Positions 8,803 through 18,319 of a stretch of DNA of 44,954 nucleotides are shown in pieces (within the stretch, counting starts at the first letter, position 1; the number at the start of each line of letters is the position of its first letter). Source of the DNA: Stellaceae bacterium (GTDB taxonomy: Bacteria > Pseudomonadota > Alphaproteobacteria > ATCC43930 > CGMCC-115725). The position numbers and the translations under genes were made by a program. Where the stretch lies: contig DATHCK010000193.1 in the NCBI GenBank assembly GCA_035319545.1, positions 1-44,954 on the forward strand. Direction: 5' to 3'. The notes beneath the pieces are model-generated. The model was given only the letters and a program-made list of their open reading frames with translations, made no database searches and was not told the DNA's origin.

Positions 8803-9639
8803 ATGACACGCGTCGCCTTCCACAAGATGCATGGGCTCGGCAACGATTTTGTCGTGCTCGACCAGCGCCGCGATCCCATTCGGATCGACGCGGCGGCGGC
8901 TCGGGCGCTCGCCGACCGGCACACCGGAATCGGCTGCGATCAGGTGCTGCTCTTGGAGCCGCCGCGCGACGCGCGGGCGCAGGTATTTATGCGCATCCTC
9001 AACCCTGACGGCAGCGAAGCGGAGGCCTGCGGCAACGGCACGCGCTGCGTCGCCAGCCTCGTCGCGGGCGAGACGCGGCGGCGCGCTGTGGCGATCGAGA
9101 CCGTCGCGGGGCTGCTCGTTGCGACGATCGACGCTGCTGGTATTGCCACGGTCGAAATGGGTGTGCCGCGCCTCGGCTGGCGCGACATCCCGCTGTCGCG
9201 CGAGATGGATACGCTGCATGTCGATCTGCGGCGCGGGCCGCTTGCCGACCCCGTTTGCACCAACATGGGCAATCCGCACGCGAGTTTTTTTGTCGATGAC
9301 GCCGAGGCGATCGACCTCGCGACGCTCGGGCCCGAGCTGGAGCACGACAAGCTGTTCCCCGAGCGCGCCAATATCGGCGTCGCGGAAGTGCGTGACCACC
9401 AGACGATCCGCTTTCGCGTGTGGGAGCGCGGCGCCGGGATCACCCGCGCCTGCGGCAGCGGCGCCTGCGCGGCGATGGTGGCGGCGCGTCGCCGCGGGTT
9501 GGTGGGCGAGCGGGCAACTGTGCTGCTTGACGGTGGGACTCTCGACATCGCCTGGCCGGGAAAGGGCTCGGTGCTGATGTCGGGCCCCGTTGCGCTGAGT
9601 TTTGAGGGCACATTCGACGTTGCCCTGATCGGCGGCTGA
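8803..9639 (+). CDS. dapF: Diaminopimelate epimerase
   Basis: MTRVAFHKMHGLGNDFVVLD...EACGNGTRC...RACGSGACAA carries both catalytic Cys motifs of DapF. Confidence 0.93.
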   Translation: MTRVAFHKMHGLGNDFVVLDQRRDPIRIDAAAARALADRHTGIGCDQVLLLEPPRDARAQVFMRILNPDGSEAEACGNGTRCVASLVAGETRRRAVAIETVAGLLVATIDAAGIATVEMGVPRLGWRDIPLSREMDTLHVDLRRGPLADPVCTNMGNPHASFFVDDAEAIDLATLGPELEHDKLFPERANIGVAEVRDHQTIRFRVWERGAGITRACGSGACAAMVAARRRGLVGERATVLLDGGTLDIAWPGKGSVLMSGPVALSFEGTFDVALIGG

Positions 9640-9641
9640 CC

Positions 9642-10856
9642 GTGCGGGCGCCCGAGATCGTCACCTTCGGTTGCCGGCTCAATGCCTTCGAGAGCGAGAT
9701 CATCCGCCGCGCGGCCGGCGAGGCGGGGCTCGCCGACGCGGTAATCGTCAACACCTGCGCCGTCACTGTCGAGGCGGAGCGCCAGGCGCGCCAGGCGATC
9801 CGCCGCGCGCGGCGCGAGCATCCGGAAGCGCGGATCATCGTGACGGGCTGCGCCGCGACCCTCGCGCCGCAGCGTTACGCGGCGATGCCGGAAGTGGATG
9901 CCGTGCTCGACAACGCGGCGAAGCTGAAGGCGGAGAGTTACGCCGCCCCCCATTCACCAGCCGCTGCGCGGCCAGTCCCCCCTCGCCCGCATGCGGGAGA
10001 GGGTCGGGTCCGAGCCTACCTCCAGGTCCAGCAGGGCTGCGACCATCGCTGCACATTCTGCATCATCCCCTACGCGCGCGGGCCGAGCCGCTCGGTGCCG
10101 GCGGAAGCCGTGATCGAAGAGGCGCGCGCGATGATCGAAGCCGGTGTGCGCGAGGTCGTGCTGACCGGGGTCGATCTCACCGCCTATGGCGCGGATTTGC
10201 TGGAGCAGCCGACCCTCGGCACGCTGGCGCGGCGGCTTTTGGCCGAAGTGCCGGAACTGCCGCGGCTGCGGCTCTCCTCGCTCGACCCGAGCGAGATCGA
10301 TGACGATCTCTGGTCACTCTTTGCCGAGGAAGAGCGGCTGATGCCGCATCTGCATCTGTCCCTGCAGGCCGGCGACGACATGATCTTGAAGCGCATGAAG
10401 CGCCGGCACAGCCGGGCGCAGGCGATCGCGACGGCTAGGCGGGCCCGCGCGCTGCGCCCGGATGCGGCGATCGGCGCCGATCTGATCGCCGGGTTCCCGA
10501 CCGAGGACGCGGCGATGTTCCGCAACAGCCTCGACCTCGTCGCCGAATGCGGCATCGCGTTCCTCCATGTCTTCCCCTATAGCGCGCGGCCGGGCACGCC
10601 GGCGGCGCGCATGCCCGGGGTCGCGCCGGAGATCGTCCGCGAACGCGCGGCGCGGCTGCGCGAGGCGGGGGCGGGGGCGCTCGCCGCCGAGTTGCGCTCG
10701 CGCGTCGGCACGGTCGGTGAGGTACTGGTCGAAAAGCCGGGCAGCGGCCGCGCCGGCTTCTACGCGGCGGTCGATTGCCCGCCTCAGGTCGCCGGGATCA
10801 GCCGGATGCGCTTTACCGGCGTTGCCGATGGCAAGCTCATCGGAGCGCCGGCATGA
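9642..10856 (+). CDS. mtaB: Radical-SAM methylthiotransferase, MtaB-like (MiaB family)
   Basis: GTG start. N-terminal UPF0004 Cys pattern (FGCRLN...NTCAVT...TGCAA) and radical-SAM GCDHRCTFCIIPYARG. Confidence 0.85.
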   Translation: MRAPEIVTFGCRLNAFESEIIRRAAGEAGLADAVIVNTCAVTVEAERQARQAIRRARREHPEARIIVTGCAATLAPQRYAAMPEVDAVLDNAAKLKAESYAAPHSPAAARPVPPRPHAGEGRVRAYLQVQQGCDHRCTFCIIPYARGPSRSVPAEAVIEEARAMIEAGVREVVLTGVDLTAYGADLLEQPTLGTLARRLLAEVPELPRLRLSSLDPSEIDDDLWSLFAEEERLMPHLHLSLQAGDDMILKRMKRRHSRAQAIATARRARALRPDAAIGADLIAGFPTEDAAMFRNSLDLVAECGIAFLHVFPYSARPGTPAARMPGVAPEIVRERAARLREAGAGALAAELRSRVGTVGEVLVEKPGSGRAGFYAAVDCPPQVAGISRMRFTGVADGKLIGAPA

Positions 10857-11785
10857 GCGAGGAGCGGCGCGGCTGGTTTTCGCGGCTGCGCGCCGGGCTG
10901 TCGAAAAGCTCGGCGGCGCTCAACGAGGGCATCAACCACATCTTCCTTCGCCGGCGGCTCGACGCGGCGGCGCTCGATGAATTGGAGGAGTTGCTGATCG
11001 CGAGCGATATGGGGATCGGCGTCGCCGAAGAGGTGGTCGCCGCCTTGCGCCGCACCCGCTTCAACCAGGAAGTGACGGTTGATGAGGTGCGCACCGCGCT
11101 CGCCGGTGAGGTCGCGCGGCTGGTCGAGCCGGTGATGAAGCCGCTGCGCGTCGACCCGGCGAAAAAGCCGTTCACGATCCTCGTCGTCGGGGTCAACGGC
11201 AGCGGCAAGACCACGACCATCGGCAAGCTCGCGCGGCAATACCGTGATGACGGCAAGCGTGTGGTGCTGGCGGCGGGCGACACGTTCCGCGCCGCGGCGG
11301 TCGAGCAGCTGCAGATCTGGGGGAAGCGCACCGACAGCCCGGTGATCGTGCGGCCGCAAGGGTCGGACGCGGCGGGCCTCGCCTACGATGCGCTGGTCGA
11401 GGCGCGCGACATGCAGGCCGATGTGCTGCTGATCGACACCGCCGGGCGGCTGCAGAACAAGGCCGATCTGATGGCCGAGCTGCAAAAGCTCGTGCGCTCG
11501 TTGAAGAAGCTCGATCCCGCCGCGCCGCATGCGGTGCTCTTGGTGCTCGACGCGACGGTCGGCCAGAACGCGCATGCCCAGGCGGAGATTTTCCGCCAGG
11601 TGGTCGGCGTCACTGGCATCGTCATGACCAAGCTCGACGGCACCGCGAAAGGCGGCGTGCTGGTGTCGCTGGCCGAGAAATACGGCATCCCGATCCACCT
11701 GATCGGGATCGGCGAGGGCGCCGAGGATTTACGCCCGTTCGACGCCCACGCCTACGCGCGCGGGCTGGTGGGGCTGGAGGGTTAG
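10853..11785 (+). CDS. ftsY: Signal recognition particle receptor FtsY
   Basis: MSEERRGWFSRLRAGLSKS..., VVGVNGSGKTTTIGKLA, DTAGRLQNK, TKLDGTAKGG. ATGA overlap with the mtaB stop. Confidence 0.93.
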   Translation: MSEERRGWFSRLRAGLSKSSAALNEGINHIFLRRRLDAAALDELEELLIASDMGIGVAEEVVAALRRTRFNQEVTVDEVRTALAGEVARLVEPVMKPLRVDPAKKPFTILVVGVNGSGKTTTIGKLARQYRDDGKRVVLAAGDTFRAAAVEQLQIWGKRTDSPVIVRPQGSDAAGLAYDALVEARDMQADVLLIDTAGRLQNKADLMAELQKLVRSLKKLDPAAPHAVLLVLDATVGQNAHAQAEIFRQVVGVTGIVMTKLDGTAKGGVLVSLAEKYGIPIHLIGIGEGAEDLRPFDAHAYARGLVGLEG

Positions 11786-11904
11786 GGCCGACCCAGCGGC
11801 ACGCCGAGATAGCAGCCGAATTCCTTGGCGAAATCGACCGAGACGCGGGCGTGGACGCGGCCCTGGCGGTCCAAGAGCTCGGCATGGTCGGCATGTTGAT
11901 GACG

Positions 11905-14478
11905 CTACGGGCCGGGCAGCGGGGGCACGGCAAAGCCGGCGGGCCGCTCGCCTCGCTGAGAGCGTTGCCACATCGTCTCGTAGGCGGTTTCGAGATGGCC
12001 TGCGTAGCGGGCGGTGTCAAAGAGCGGTGGATCGCGCGGTTTGCGGGCGAGTTTGGCGTTGATCTGCCCGAGCAAGTTGGGATCGCGCGCGAGCTTGAGC
12101 GCGAGCGCCTCGTAGTCGGCAAGGCTTTCCGTCACCAGCTCGGACAGGCCGACCGCGCGCAGTAGGCTGGCGGCGACGCGGCCGGCATAGCTCGATCCCG
12201 CACAGGTCACGATCGGCAACCCGGACCAAAGCGCGTCGCCCGCGGTTGCATGCGCATTGTAGGGAAGCGTGTCGAGGAACAGCCCGGCCAGGCGATGCCG
12301 CGCGAGATGGTCCTCGAGCGTCTCGTCGCGCGAGGCGAAGATCAGGCGCTCGGGGTCGATCCCGCGTTGCCGGGCCTCGGTGCGCCGGTTGTCGATCGAG
12401 GCGGAATTGCCGCCCGACATCCACAGCACGCTGCCCTTGACCTCGCGCAACAGCCGCATCCAGACGTCGAACACGGGCGGCGTGATCTTGTAGGTGTTGT
12501 TGAACGAGCAGAACACAAAGCCGGTCTCGGGCAGGCCCTGCTCGGCGCGTGTCGGGGTGCGCTGGGCGATCTGCCGCGAGCTGTCGAACGGCATGAACGT
12601 GTCGGGCAGATAGACAACGTTCTCTGTAAAAAACAGCTGCTCTGCCTCGGGGATCACGGTCCGGTCGGCGACGATGTAATCAATGTAATCGGCGCCGGTC
12701 GTTCCGGCGTAGCCGAGGAAACCGACCTGAACCGGCGCCGGGCGCAGGGCAAAAACACCCGGCCGTCCGGTGCTCGTATGTCCCATGAGATCGATCGCGA
12801 TATCGACTTCCAACTCGCGCAAAAGGGCGGCGATGTCGCGATCGCGACGGTCGCGCGCATCGATGAAGTTGTCGAACGCGCGCTCGAGACGCTGACGGAA
12901 CGCGCCCTCGACAAGGGGGCCGAACGAGATCGCGGCGGTCTCGAAGCGCGATCTGTCGTGCCGCTCCCAGACCTGCACGAGCGAATACGCGACAGGGTGA
13001 TTGCGGAAATCGGCCGACAGATAGGCGACGCGGATACGCTCGTGACGATAGCGTTCGCCGCGCCAGAGCGGGTTTGGTGACGGTGGGTAATGCGTCGCGC
13101 TATAGGCGCGGGTGATGGCCAGCTGCGCCGCGGCCGAGCTTGGCGCGGTCAGGAACATGAAGGGTAGCCAGTGCTCCTTGCCCTCGCCCGCGCCGCTGGC
13201 GATCAGGTCGCAAGCCTCGTCGTAGCCGCTCCAGTCGCAGCACAGGAGCTGAGCGTGAAACAGATTGCCGCGGGCGAATTCCAGATCGGGATCGACGGCG
13301 ACGGCTTGCGCGAAGGCGCGGGCGGCCTCGTCGACCCGATCGAGCTGCAAGAGCGCGTTGCCGCGGTGAACGAACGTCGCCGCATGATCGGGATTGATAG
13401 CCAGGGCGCGATCGTAGCTCGCGAGCGCTTCCTCATAGCGCCCAAGCCCGATCAGCGCGCTGCCGCGGTTGTGCAAGGCCTCCAGGTGGTCGGGATCGAT
13501 CGCCAGCGCACGGTCGCAACCGGCTACCGCTTCCGCCCAGCGCTGGAGGTCGATAAGCGCCACGCTGCGGTTCGCGAGAACGCCCGGGTCGTCGGGTTTG
13601 ACGAGAAGCGCGCGATCGAAATCGGCGAGCGCTTCCGCCGGGCGATGGAGCAGCGACAGCACCTGGCCCCGGCCGTGCAGCGAGTCGAAATGGTCGGGCT
13701 GCGCGGCGAGTGCGCGGCCGTAGCTTGTCAAAGCTTCTTCGAGGCGGCCGAGCTGCCGCAAGGCGGCGGCGTGGTTGCACAATAGCTCCGGGTTGCCGGG
13801 ACCGAGAGCGAGTGCGCGGTCATAGCTGGCGAGCGCCTCATCATCGCTGTGCCGCTCGGCGAGTAGCTTGCCGCGGTTGGCCTGCGCCGCGGCGTAGCCG
13901 GGGTTGCGCGCGATCGCCGCGTCGAACGCGGCGAGCGCCTCGTCGAGCCTGCCCTGTTGATGCAGGGCCGTGCCGAAATTGTTCCACACCACGGGCTGCG
14001 CCGGGTCGAGATCGAGCGCGCGCCGGTAGGCGGCGGCGGCTTCCTCGAACCTGCCCTGCAGCAAGAGCGCGCTGCCAAGACCAGCGTCGGCTGCGGCGAA
14101 ATCGGGCGACAGGGCAATCGCGCTCCGGTAATGCGCGATGGCCTCGTCGAGCGCGCCTAGCGTGCGCAGCGCCTCGGCGAGATTGTAGTAGAGCGGCGCG
14201 CTGTGGTCGCCGAGCGCCAGCGCGCGCCGAAACGAGTCGACGGCGATCTGCGGCATGCCGACCCGGCACGCGATGAGCCCCGACAAGTGCAGCGCGCCGA
14301 CATCCTGCGGATTGGCCGCCAGCAGCTGCCCGCAAAGCCTGTTCGCCTCCTTGAGCGAACCCGCCTGAAAATGCTGAACCGCCGCCGCGAAGATCGGCCC
14401 GCCCGTAGGCCGCGCCGCCGGTTGCGGGTCGCTTGCGCCCTGCCGCGCCGCGGCGCGGCGCTGCCTCCGGTTCATCAC
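11905..14478 (-). CDS. TPR-repeat protein fused to a GT41 (O-GlcNAc transferase-like) glycosyltransferase, copy 1
   Basis: About 400 aa of TPR repeats, then an OGT-type catalytic region (FALRPAPVQVGFLGY, FCSFNNTYKITPPVF, SVLWM, LDTLPYNAHATAGDALWSGLPIVT, RVAASLL, LFDT..Y...LE.AYETMW). The GTG/ATG start overlaps the stop of copy 2. Confidence 0.88.
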   Translation of the reverse strand: MMNRRQRRAAARQGASDPQPAARPTGGPIFAAAVQHFQAGSLKEANRLCGQLLAANPQDVGALHLSGLIACRVGMPQIAVDSFRRALALGDHSAPLYYNLAEALRTLGALDEAIAHYRSAIALSPDFAAADAGLGSALLLQGRFEEAAAAYRRALDLDPAQPVVWNNFGTALHQQGRLDEALAAFDAAIARNPGYAAAQANRGKLLAERHSDDEALASYDRALALGPGNPELLCNHAAALRQLGRLEEALTSYGRALAAQPDHFDSLHGRGQVLSLLHRPAEALADFDRALLVKPDDPGVLANRSVALIDLQRWAEAVAGCDRALAIDPDHLEALHNRGSALIGLGRYEEALASYDRALAINPDHAATFVHRGNALLQLDRVDEAARAFAQAVAVDPDLEFARGNLFHAQLLCCDWSGYDEACDLIASGAGEGKEHWLPFMFLTAPSSAAAQLAITRAYSATHYPPSPNPLWRGERYRHERIRVAYLSADFRNHPVAYSLVQVWERHDRSRFETAAISFGPLVEGAFRQRLERAFDNFIDARDRRDRDIAALLRELEVDIAIDLMGHTSTGRPGVFALRPAPVQVGFLGYAGTTGADYIDYIVADRTVIPEAEQLFFTENVVYLPDTFMPFDSSRQIAQRTPTRAEQGLPETGFVFCSFNNTYKITPPVFDVWMRLLREVKGSVLWMSGGNSASIDNRRTEARQRGIDPERLIFASRDETLEDHLARHRLAGLFLDTLPYNAHATAGDALWSGLPIVTCAGSSYAGRVAASLLRAVGLSELVTESLADYEALALKLARDPNLLGQINAKLARKPRDPPLFDTARYAGHLETAYETMWQRSQRGERPAGFAVPPLPGP

Positions 14479-16925
14479 GGCGCGATCTCACGCGGCGGCA
14501 GCGGCGGGACGGCAAAGTTGGCGGGCGGCTCGCCGTGCTGGTAGCGCTCCCACATCGTCTCGTAGGCACTTTCGAGATGCCGGGTATAGCGGACCGTATC
14601 AAACAGCGGTTGGGTCGCGCGATTGCGTTCGAGCTTTGCCTTGACCGCAGCGAGCGCCTCGGGGTCGCGCGCGAGGCGCAGCGCCAGCGCCTCGTAGTCT
14701 TCGAGGTTTGCCGTCACCAGCTCGGGCAGGTCGATCGCGGCAAGCTGACTGGCCGCCATGCGGCCGACAAAGCTTGACCCGGCGCAGCTGACGAGCGGCA
14801 GTCCGGCCCACAACGCGTCGGCCGCCGTCGCGCCGGCATTATAGGGCACCGTGTCGAGAAACAGCCCCGCGAGGCGGTGACGCGCCAGATGCTCGGGCCC
14901 CTCCTTGCGGCGCGCGAACACCAGCCGGTCCGGGTCGATGCCGCGCTCTGCGGCATAGGCGCGCCTGTTGCGCACCGCCGCCGCGTTGCCATCGAGCAGC
15001 CACAGCACGCTGCCCTCGACCTGTCGCAGGAGTCGCAGCCACGCATCGAACACCGGTGGCGTGATCTTGTAAGTGTTGTTGAACGAGCAGAACACGAAGC
15101 CGGTGTCCGGTAGCCCTTCCTCGGCACGCGTCGGGGTGCGCGCGGAGATCGGGCGGGTCGCGTCGGTCGGCAAAAAAATCTCGGGCAGCCAGGCGATGTT
15201 CTCGCCGTAAAAGCCTTCTTCGCCCTCGGGGATCGTCGTGTGGTCGGCGATGATATAGTCGATGTAATCGGCGGCCATGGTGGCGAGATAGCCGAGATAG
15301 TTGACTTGGATCGGCGCCGGGCGGAGCGCGAAAATGTCCGGCTGGCACCATTTCTTGTAGCCCATCAGATCGACGGCGATATCGACCTGCCAGGCCTTCA
15401 ACATCGCGGCGATTTCGCGCGCGCCGCGATCGTGGGCGTCAAAGAAGCGGTCGAACGAGGCTCTGAGGCGGCCGACAAAGGCGTCACCTGGCGCCGGCCT
15501 GAACGAGACCGCGATGGTCTCGAAGCGCGCCCGGTCGTGCCGCTCCCAGACCTCGGCGATCGAGGAAGTCACGGCATGGGCCCGGAAATCGGCCGAGAGA
15601 TAGGCGACGCGGATGCGCTCATGCGGGTAGATCTCGCCGCGCCATAGCGGTAGCGGCGCCGGCGGATGCCGCTCCTGCCCGTAAAGCGCGGCGGCGGTGT
15701 GCTGCACGTCCGACGTTGTCGGCAGGCTGAGCACCATGAAAGGGGGCGCCACGCGCTGTCCCGCGGCAAGGCCGGCGCCGATGCGCTCGACCGCCGGCGC
15801 GTAATCCGTCCAGTCGCAACAGAGCAGCCGAGCGTAATGCAAGGTGCCGAGCGCGTAGGGATGATCCGGGCTCTGGCGCAGCAGCCGGGAGAAATCTTCG
15901 GCCGCTTCCGCGAAACGGTCGGTCTCGAGGAGCGCCGTGCCGCGATTGTTGAGCGCCTCGAGAAGACCCGGCTGCAGCATGAGCGCTCGGTCGTATCCGG
16001 CGATCGCCTCGTCGTACCGGCCGGCGGCCAGCAAGGCGTTCGCGCGATTGTAGATCGCCTCGACAAAGTCGGGGCTGAGCGCCAGCGCCTTGTCGTAGCT
16101 CGCGATGGCCTCGGCATGGCGGCCGAGCTGCCGCAACGCGCCGCCGCGGCTGTTGTAAGCTTCGGTGTCATCGGGCGTAAGCTGCAAGGTACGGTCGAAG
16201 CTGACGAGCGCCTCGTCGTAACGCTTGAGTTCGACAAGCGCGATGCCGCGATTGTGCAGCGCCGCGGCGAGATCAGGGTGCAGCCGCAACGCCGCGTCGA
16301 AGCTTGCCAGTGCCTCGTCGTACCGCCCGCCAGCGAGCAGCGCGTTGCCGAGGTTGTAATGCGCCTCGACATGGCCCGGGTTGAGCGCGATCGCCCGGCG
16401 GAACGCCGCGCTCGCTTCTTCCAGCTCGCCCCGGGCCTGCAGCGCCGAGCCGAGATTGTCGTGCGCGGCGGCGTTGCCAGGGTCGAGCGCGATCGCGCGG
16501 CGCAGCGCGTCGATTGCCTCCGCCACATGGTTCTGCCGCAGCAGGCAGTTGCCGAGCGCGGCCTGCGCGTCGGCGAAGCCCGGCGCGAGGCGCAACGCGA
16601 CCTGGTAATGCGCCGCCGCCTCGCCGAGATGGCCGCTGCCGCCGAGCGCCTCGGCAAGATTGTAGTGCAGCACCGGGATCCGCTGGTTCAACGACATCGC
16701 GCGGCGCAGCCGCTCGATCCCTGCCGCGACGGCGCCGGCCTGGCAGAGCACGAGGCCGCTCAAATGCAGCGCATCGACGTCGTCCGGCTCCCGCGCCAGG
16801 ATTTGCTGGCAGATGTCGTAGCCTTCCTGCAACGCGCCCGAGCGGCAATGCGCCAACGCCGCGGCAAAGGGCTGGCGCTCGCGATTGAGCCAGCCGTCCA
16901 AGGGATCCGCCGGGGTCGCGCTCAT
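14475..16925 (-). CDS. TPR-repeat protein fused to a GT41 (O-GlcNAc transferase-like) glycosyltransferase, copy 2
   Basis: Paralog of the downstream gene with the same architecture and motifs (FALRPAPIQVNYLGY, FCSFNNTYKITPPVF, SVLWLL, LDTVPYNAGATAADALWAGLPLVS, RMAASQL, YETMWERY). Confidence 0.88.
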   Translation of the reverse strand: MSATPADPLDGWLNRERQPFAAALAHCRSGALQEGYDICQQILAREPDDVDALHLSGLVLCQAGAVAAGIERLRRAMSLNQRIPVLHYNLAEALGGSGHLGEAAAHYQVALRLAPGFADAQAALGNCLLRQNHVAEAIDALRRAIALDPGNAAAHDNLGSALQARGELEEASAAFRRAIALNPGHVEAHYNLGNALLAGGRYDEALASFDAALRLHPDLAAALHNRGIALVELKRYDEALVSFDRTLQLTPDDTEAYNSRGGALRQLGRHAEAIASYDKALALSPDFVEAIYNRANALLAAGRYDEAIAGYDRALMLQPGLLEALNNRGTALLETDRFAEAAEDFSRLLRQSPDHPYALGTLHYARLLCCDWTDYAPAVERIGAGLAAGQRVAPPFMVLSLPTTSDVQHTAAALYGQERHPPAPLPLWRGEIYPHERIRVAYLSADFRAHAVTSSIAEVWERHDRARFETIAVSFRPAPGDAFVGRLRASFDRFFDAHDRGAREIAAMLKAWQVDIAVDLMGYKKWCQPDIFALRPAPIQVNYLGYLATMAADYIDYIIADHTTIPEGEEGFYGENIAWLPEIFLPTDATRPISARTPTRAEEGLPDTGFVFCSFNNTYKITPPVFDAWLRLLRQVEGSVLWLLDGNAAAVRNRRAYAAERGIDPDRLVFARRKEGPEHLARHRLAGLFLDTVPYNAGATAADALWAGLPLVSCAGSSFVGRMAASQLAAIDLPELVTANLEDYEALALRLARDPEALAAVKAKLERNRATQPLFDTVRYTRHLESAYETMWERYQHGEPPANFAVPPLPPREIAP

Positions 16926-16949
16926 GATCTTCGATCGCCGCTCTGACCT

Positions 16950-17528
16950 TTAGAGACCCTGCGGCGCGTCGGGATCGGTCGCCGCGGGGGTGGTGGGTGG
17001 GGGATTGCCGCGCGGCGTCAGATCGCCCGTCGCCTGCGCCTCCCTCTCGTGGCCGAGCGCCCAGCGCACCGAGGGGAAGGCGATGTCGTTCCACGGGATG
17101 TCGTCCCAGCCGAAGAGCCCGACTTCGAGGCTCTCGGGCCCGGCTCCGATGTTTCCGTCGGTCAGCCGCGCCCGGTAGATGAGCTGTACCTGGCTGAGGC
17201 TGGTGATGTCATAGACCGCGAGGAGGCTTTCGATCGCGATTTTGGCGCGCGCCTCTTCCCAGGCCTCGCGCTCGGCCCCGGCTCGGGTCGTCTCGTTGAG
17301 TTCGAGATAACCCGCCGGTAGCGTCCAGAAGCCGCGGCGCGGCTCAATCGCGCGCCGGCACATCAGAATCTTGTCGCCCCATCGCGCGACCGAGCCGACG
17401 ACGATTTTCGGATTGTCGTAAAGCACGAACCCGCAATCGCCGCAGACGAGGCGCTCGCGGTCGTCGCCTTGCGGGATGGCCCGCGTAAACGGGTGCGGCG
17501 GGGGCGGCGGCGGACGCGTGTCGCTCAT
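16950..17528 (-). CDS. NUDIX hydrolase with an N-terminal zinc-ribbon
   Basis: CGDCGFVLYDNPK zinc-ribbon-like segment, then a Nudix box (GYLELNETTRAGAEREAWEEA). It lies 24 nt upstream of, and co-oriented with, GT41 copy 2. Confidence 0.85.
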   Translation of the reverse strand: MSDTRPPPPPPHPFTRAIPQGDDRERLVCGDCGFVLYDNPKIVVGSVARWGDKILMCRRAIEPRRGFWTLPAGYLELNETTRAGAEREAWEEARAKIAIESLLAVYDITSLSQVQLIYRARLTDGNIGAGPESLEVGLFGWDDIPWNDIAFPSVRWALGHEREAQATGDLTPRGNPPPTTPAATDPDAPQGL

Positions 17529-17539
17529 CGCATCAATTC

Positions 17540-17587
17540 GTCACTGCCGGGCCGACCCGGCCATCTCGGGTCGAGCCCGGGCATGAC
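17540..17587. repeat. Imperfect GC-rich palindrome (GTCACTGCCGGGCCGACCCGG...CCGGGTCGAGCCCGGGCATGAC)
   Basis: The two halves are near reverse complements (about 17 of 21 by eye). It lies between the GST stop and the NUDIX start and has the same GTCA...TGAC termini as the other palindromic elements in the window. Confidence 0.55.
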
Positions 17588-17596
17588 GACATGTAA

Positions 17597-18319
17597 TCAG
17601 CCCGGCACTGGGAGGGCGCGCTGGTTGTACATGCGCTTGCGGATCGCCGCCTTTTCTTCGTCCGAGAGCGTTGCGGGATCCGGCGGCAGGTTGGCGCCGA
17701 CCGCGAGCCCGCGCTGCACCGCCGGCCGCGCGGAGAGCTCGTCGAACCAGCGCTTGAAATATTTAAATTCCTCGATGTCCTGGCCCTGCGCCTTCCAGTT
17801 GACTGTCCACGGGTAGCAGATCATGTCGGCAATCGTGTATTCGTCGCCGGCGACGTATTTGCTGCGATAGAGCCGGTTGTTGAGCACGCCGTAGAGCCGG
17901 TTCGCCTCGTCGGTGAAGCGGTTGATCGCGTAGGTGAGGTCGCCCGCCTCGGGCCCCGCACGGCGGAAATGGCCGCATTCGCCGAGCTTCGGCCCCTGGT
18001 TGGCCATCTGCCAGATGAGCCATTCGGTCACGGCGTATTTGCCGCGGACGTCTTGCGGCCAGAATTTGCCTTCCTTTTCGGCGATGTACATCATGATCGC
18101 GCCCGACTCGAAGACCGAAATCGGCGCGCCGCCGCCTTTTGGTGTGTGATCCACCAGCACCGGCATCCGGTGGTTGGGGTTCATCGCGAGAAACTCGGGC
18201 GTGAACTGATCGCCGCGCTGAATGTTACAGGGAACGATCTTATATTCGAGGCCGCACTCCTCGAGCAGGATCGTCACCTTCTTGCCGTTGGGGGTCGGCC
18301 AGTAGTGCAGGTCGAGCAT
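17597..18319 (-). CDS. Nu-class glutathione S-transferase (YfcG/YghU-like)
   Basis: MLDLHYWPTPNGKKVTILLEE...NPNHRMPVLVDH...FESGAIMMYIAEK...WLIWQMANQGPKLGE aligns closely by eye with E. coli YfcG. The start is set at ATG 18319. Confidence 0.85.
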   Translation of the reverse strand: MLDLHYWPTPNGKKVTILLEECGLEYKIVPCNIQRGDQFTPEFLAMNPNHRMPVLVDHTPKGGGAPISVFESGAIMMYIAEKEGKFWPQDVRGKYAVTEWLIWQMANQGPKLGECGHFRRAGPEAGDLTYAINRFTDEANRLYGVLNNRLYRSKYVAGDEYTIADMICYPWTVNWKAQGQDIEEFKYFKRWFDELSARPAVQRGLAVGANLPPDPATLSDEEKAAIRKRMYNQRALPVPG

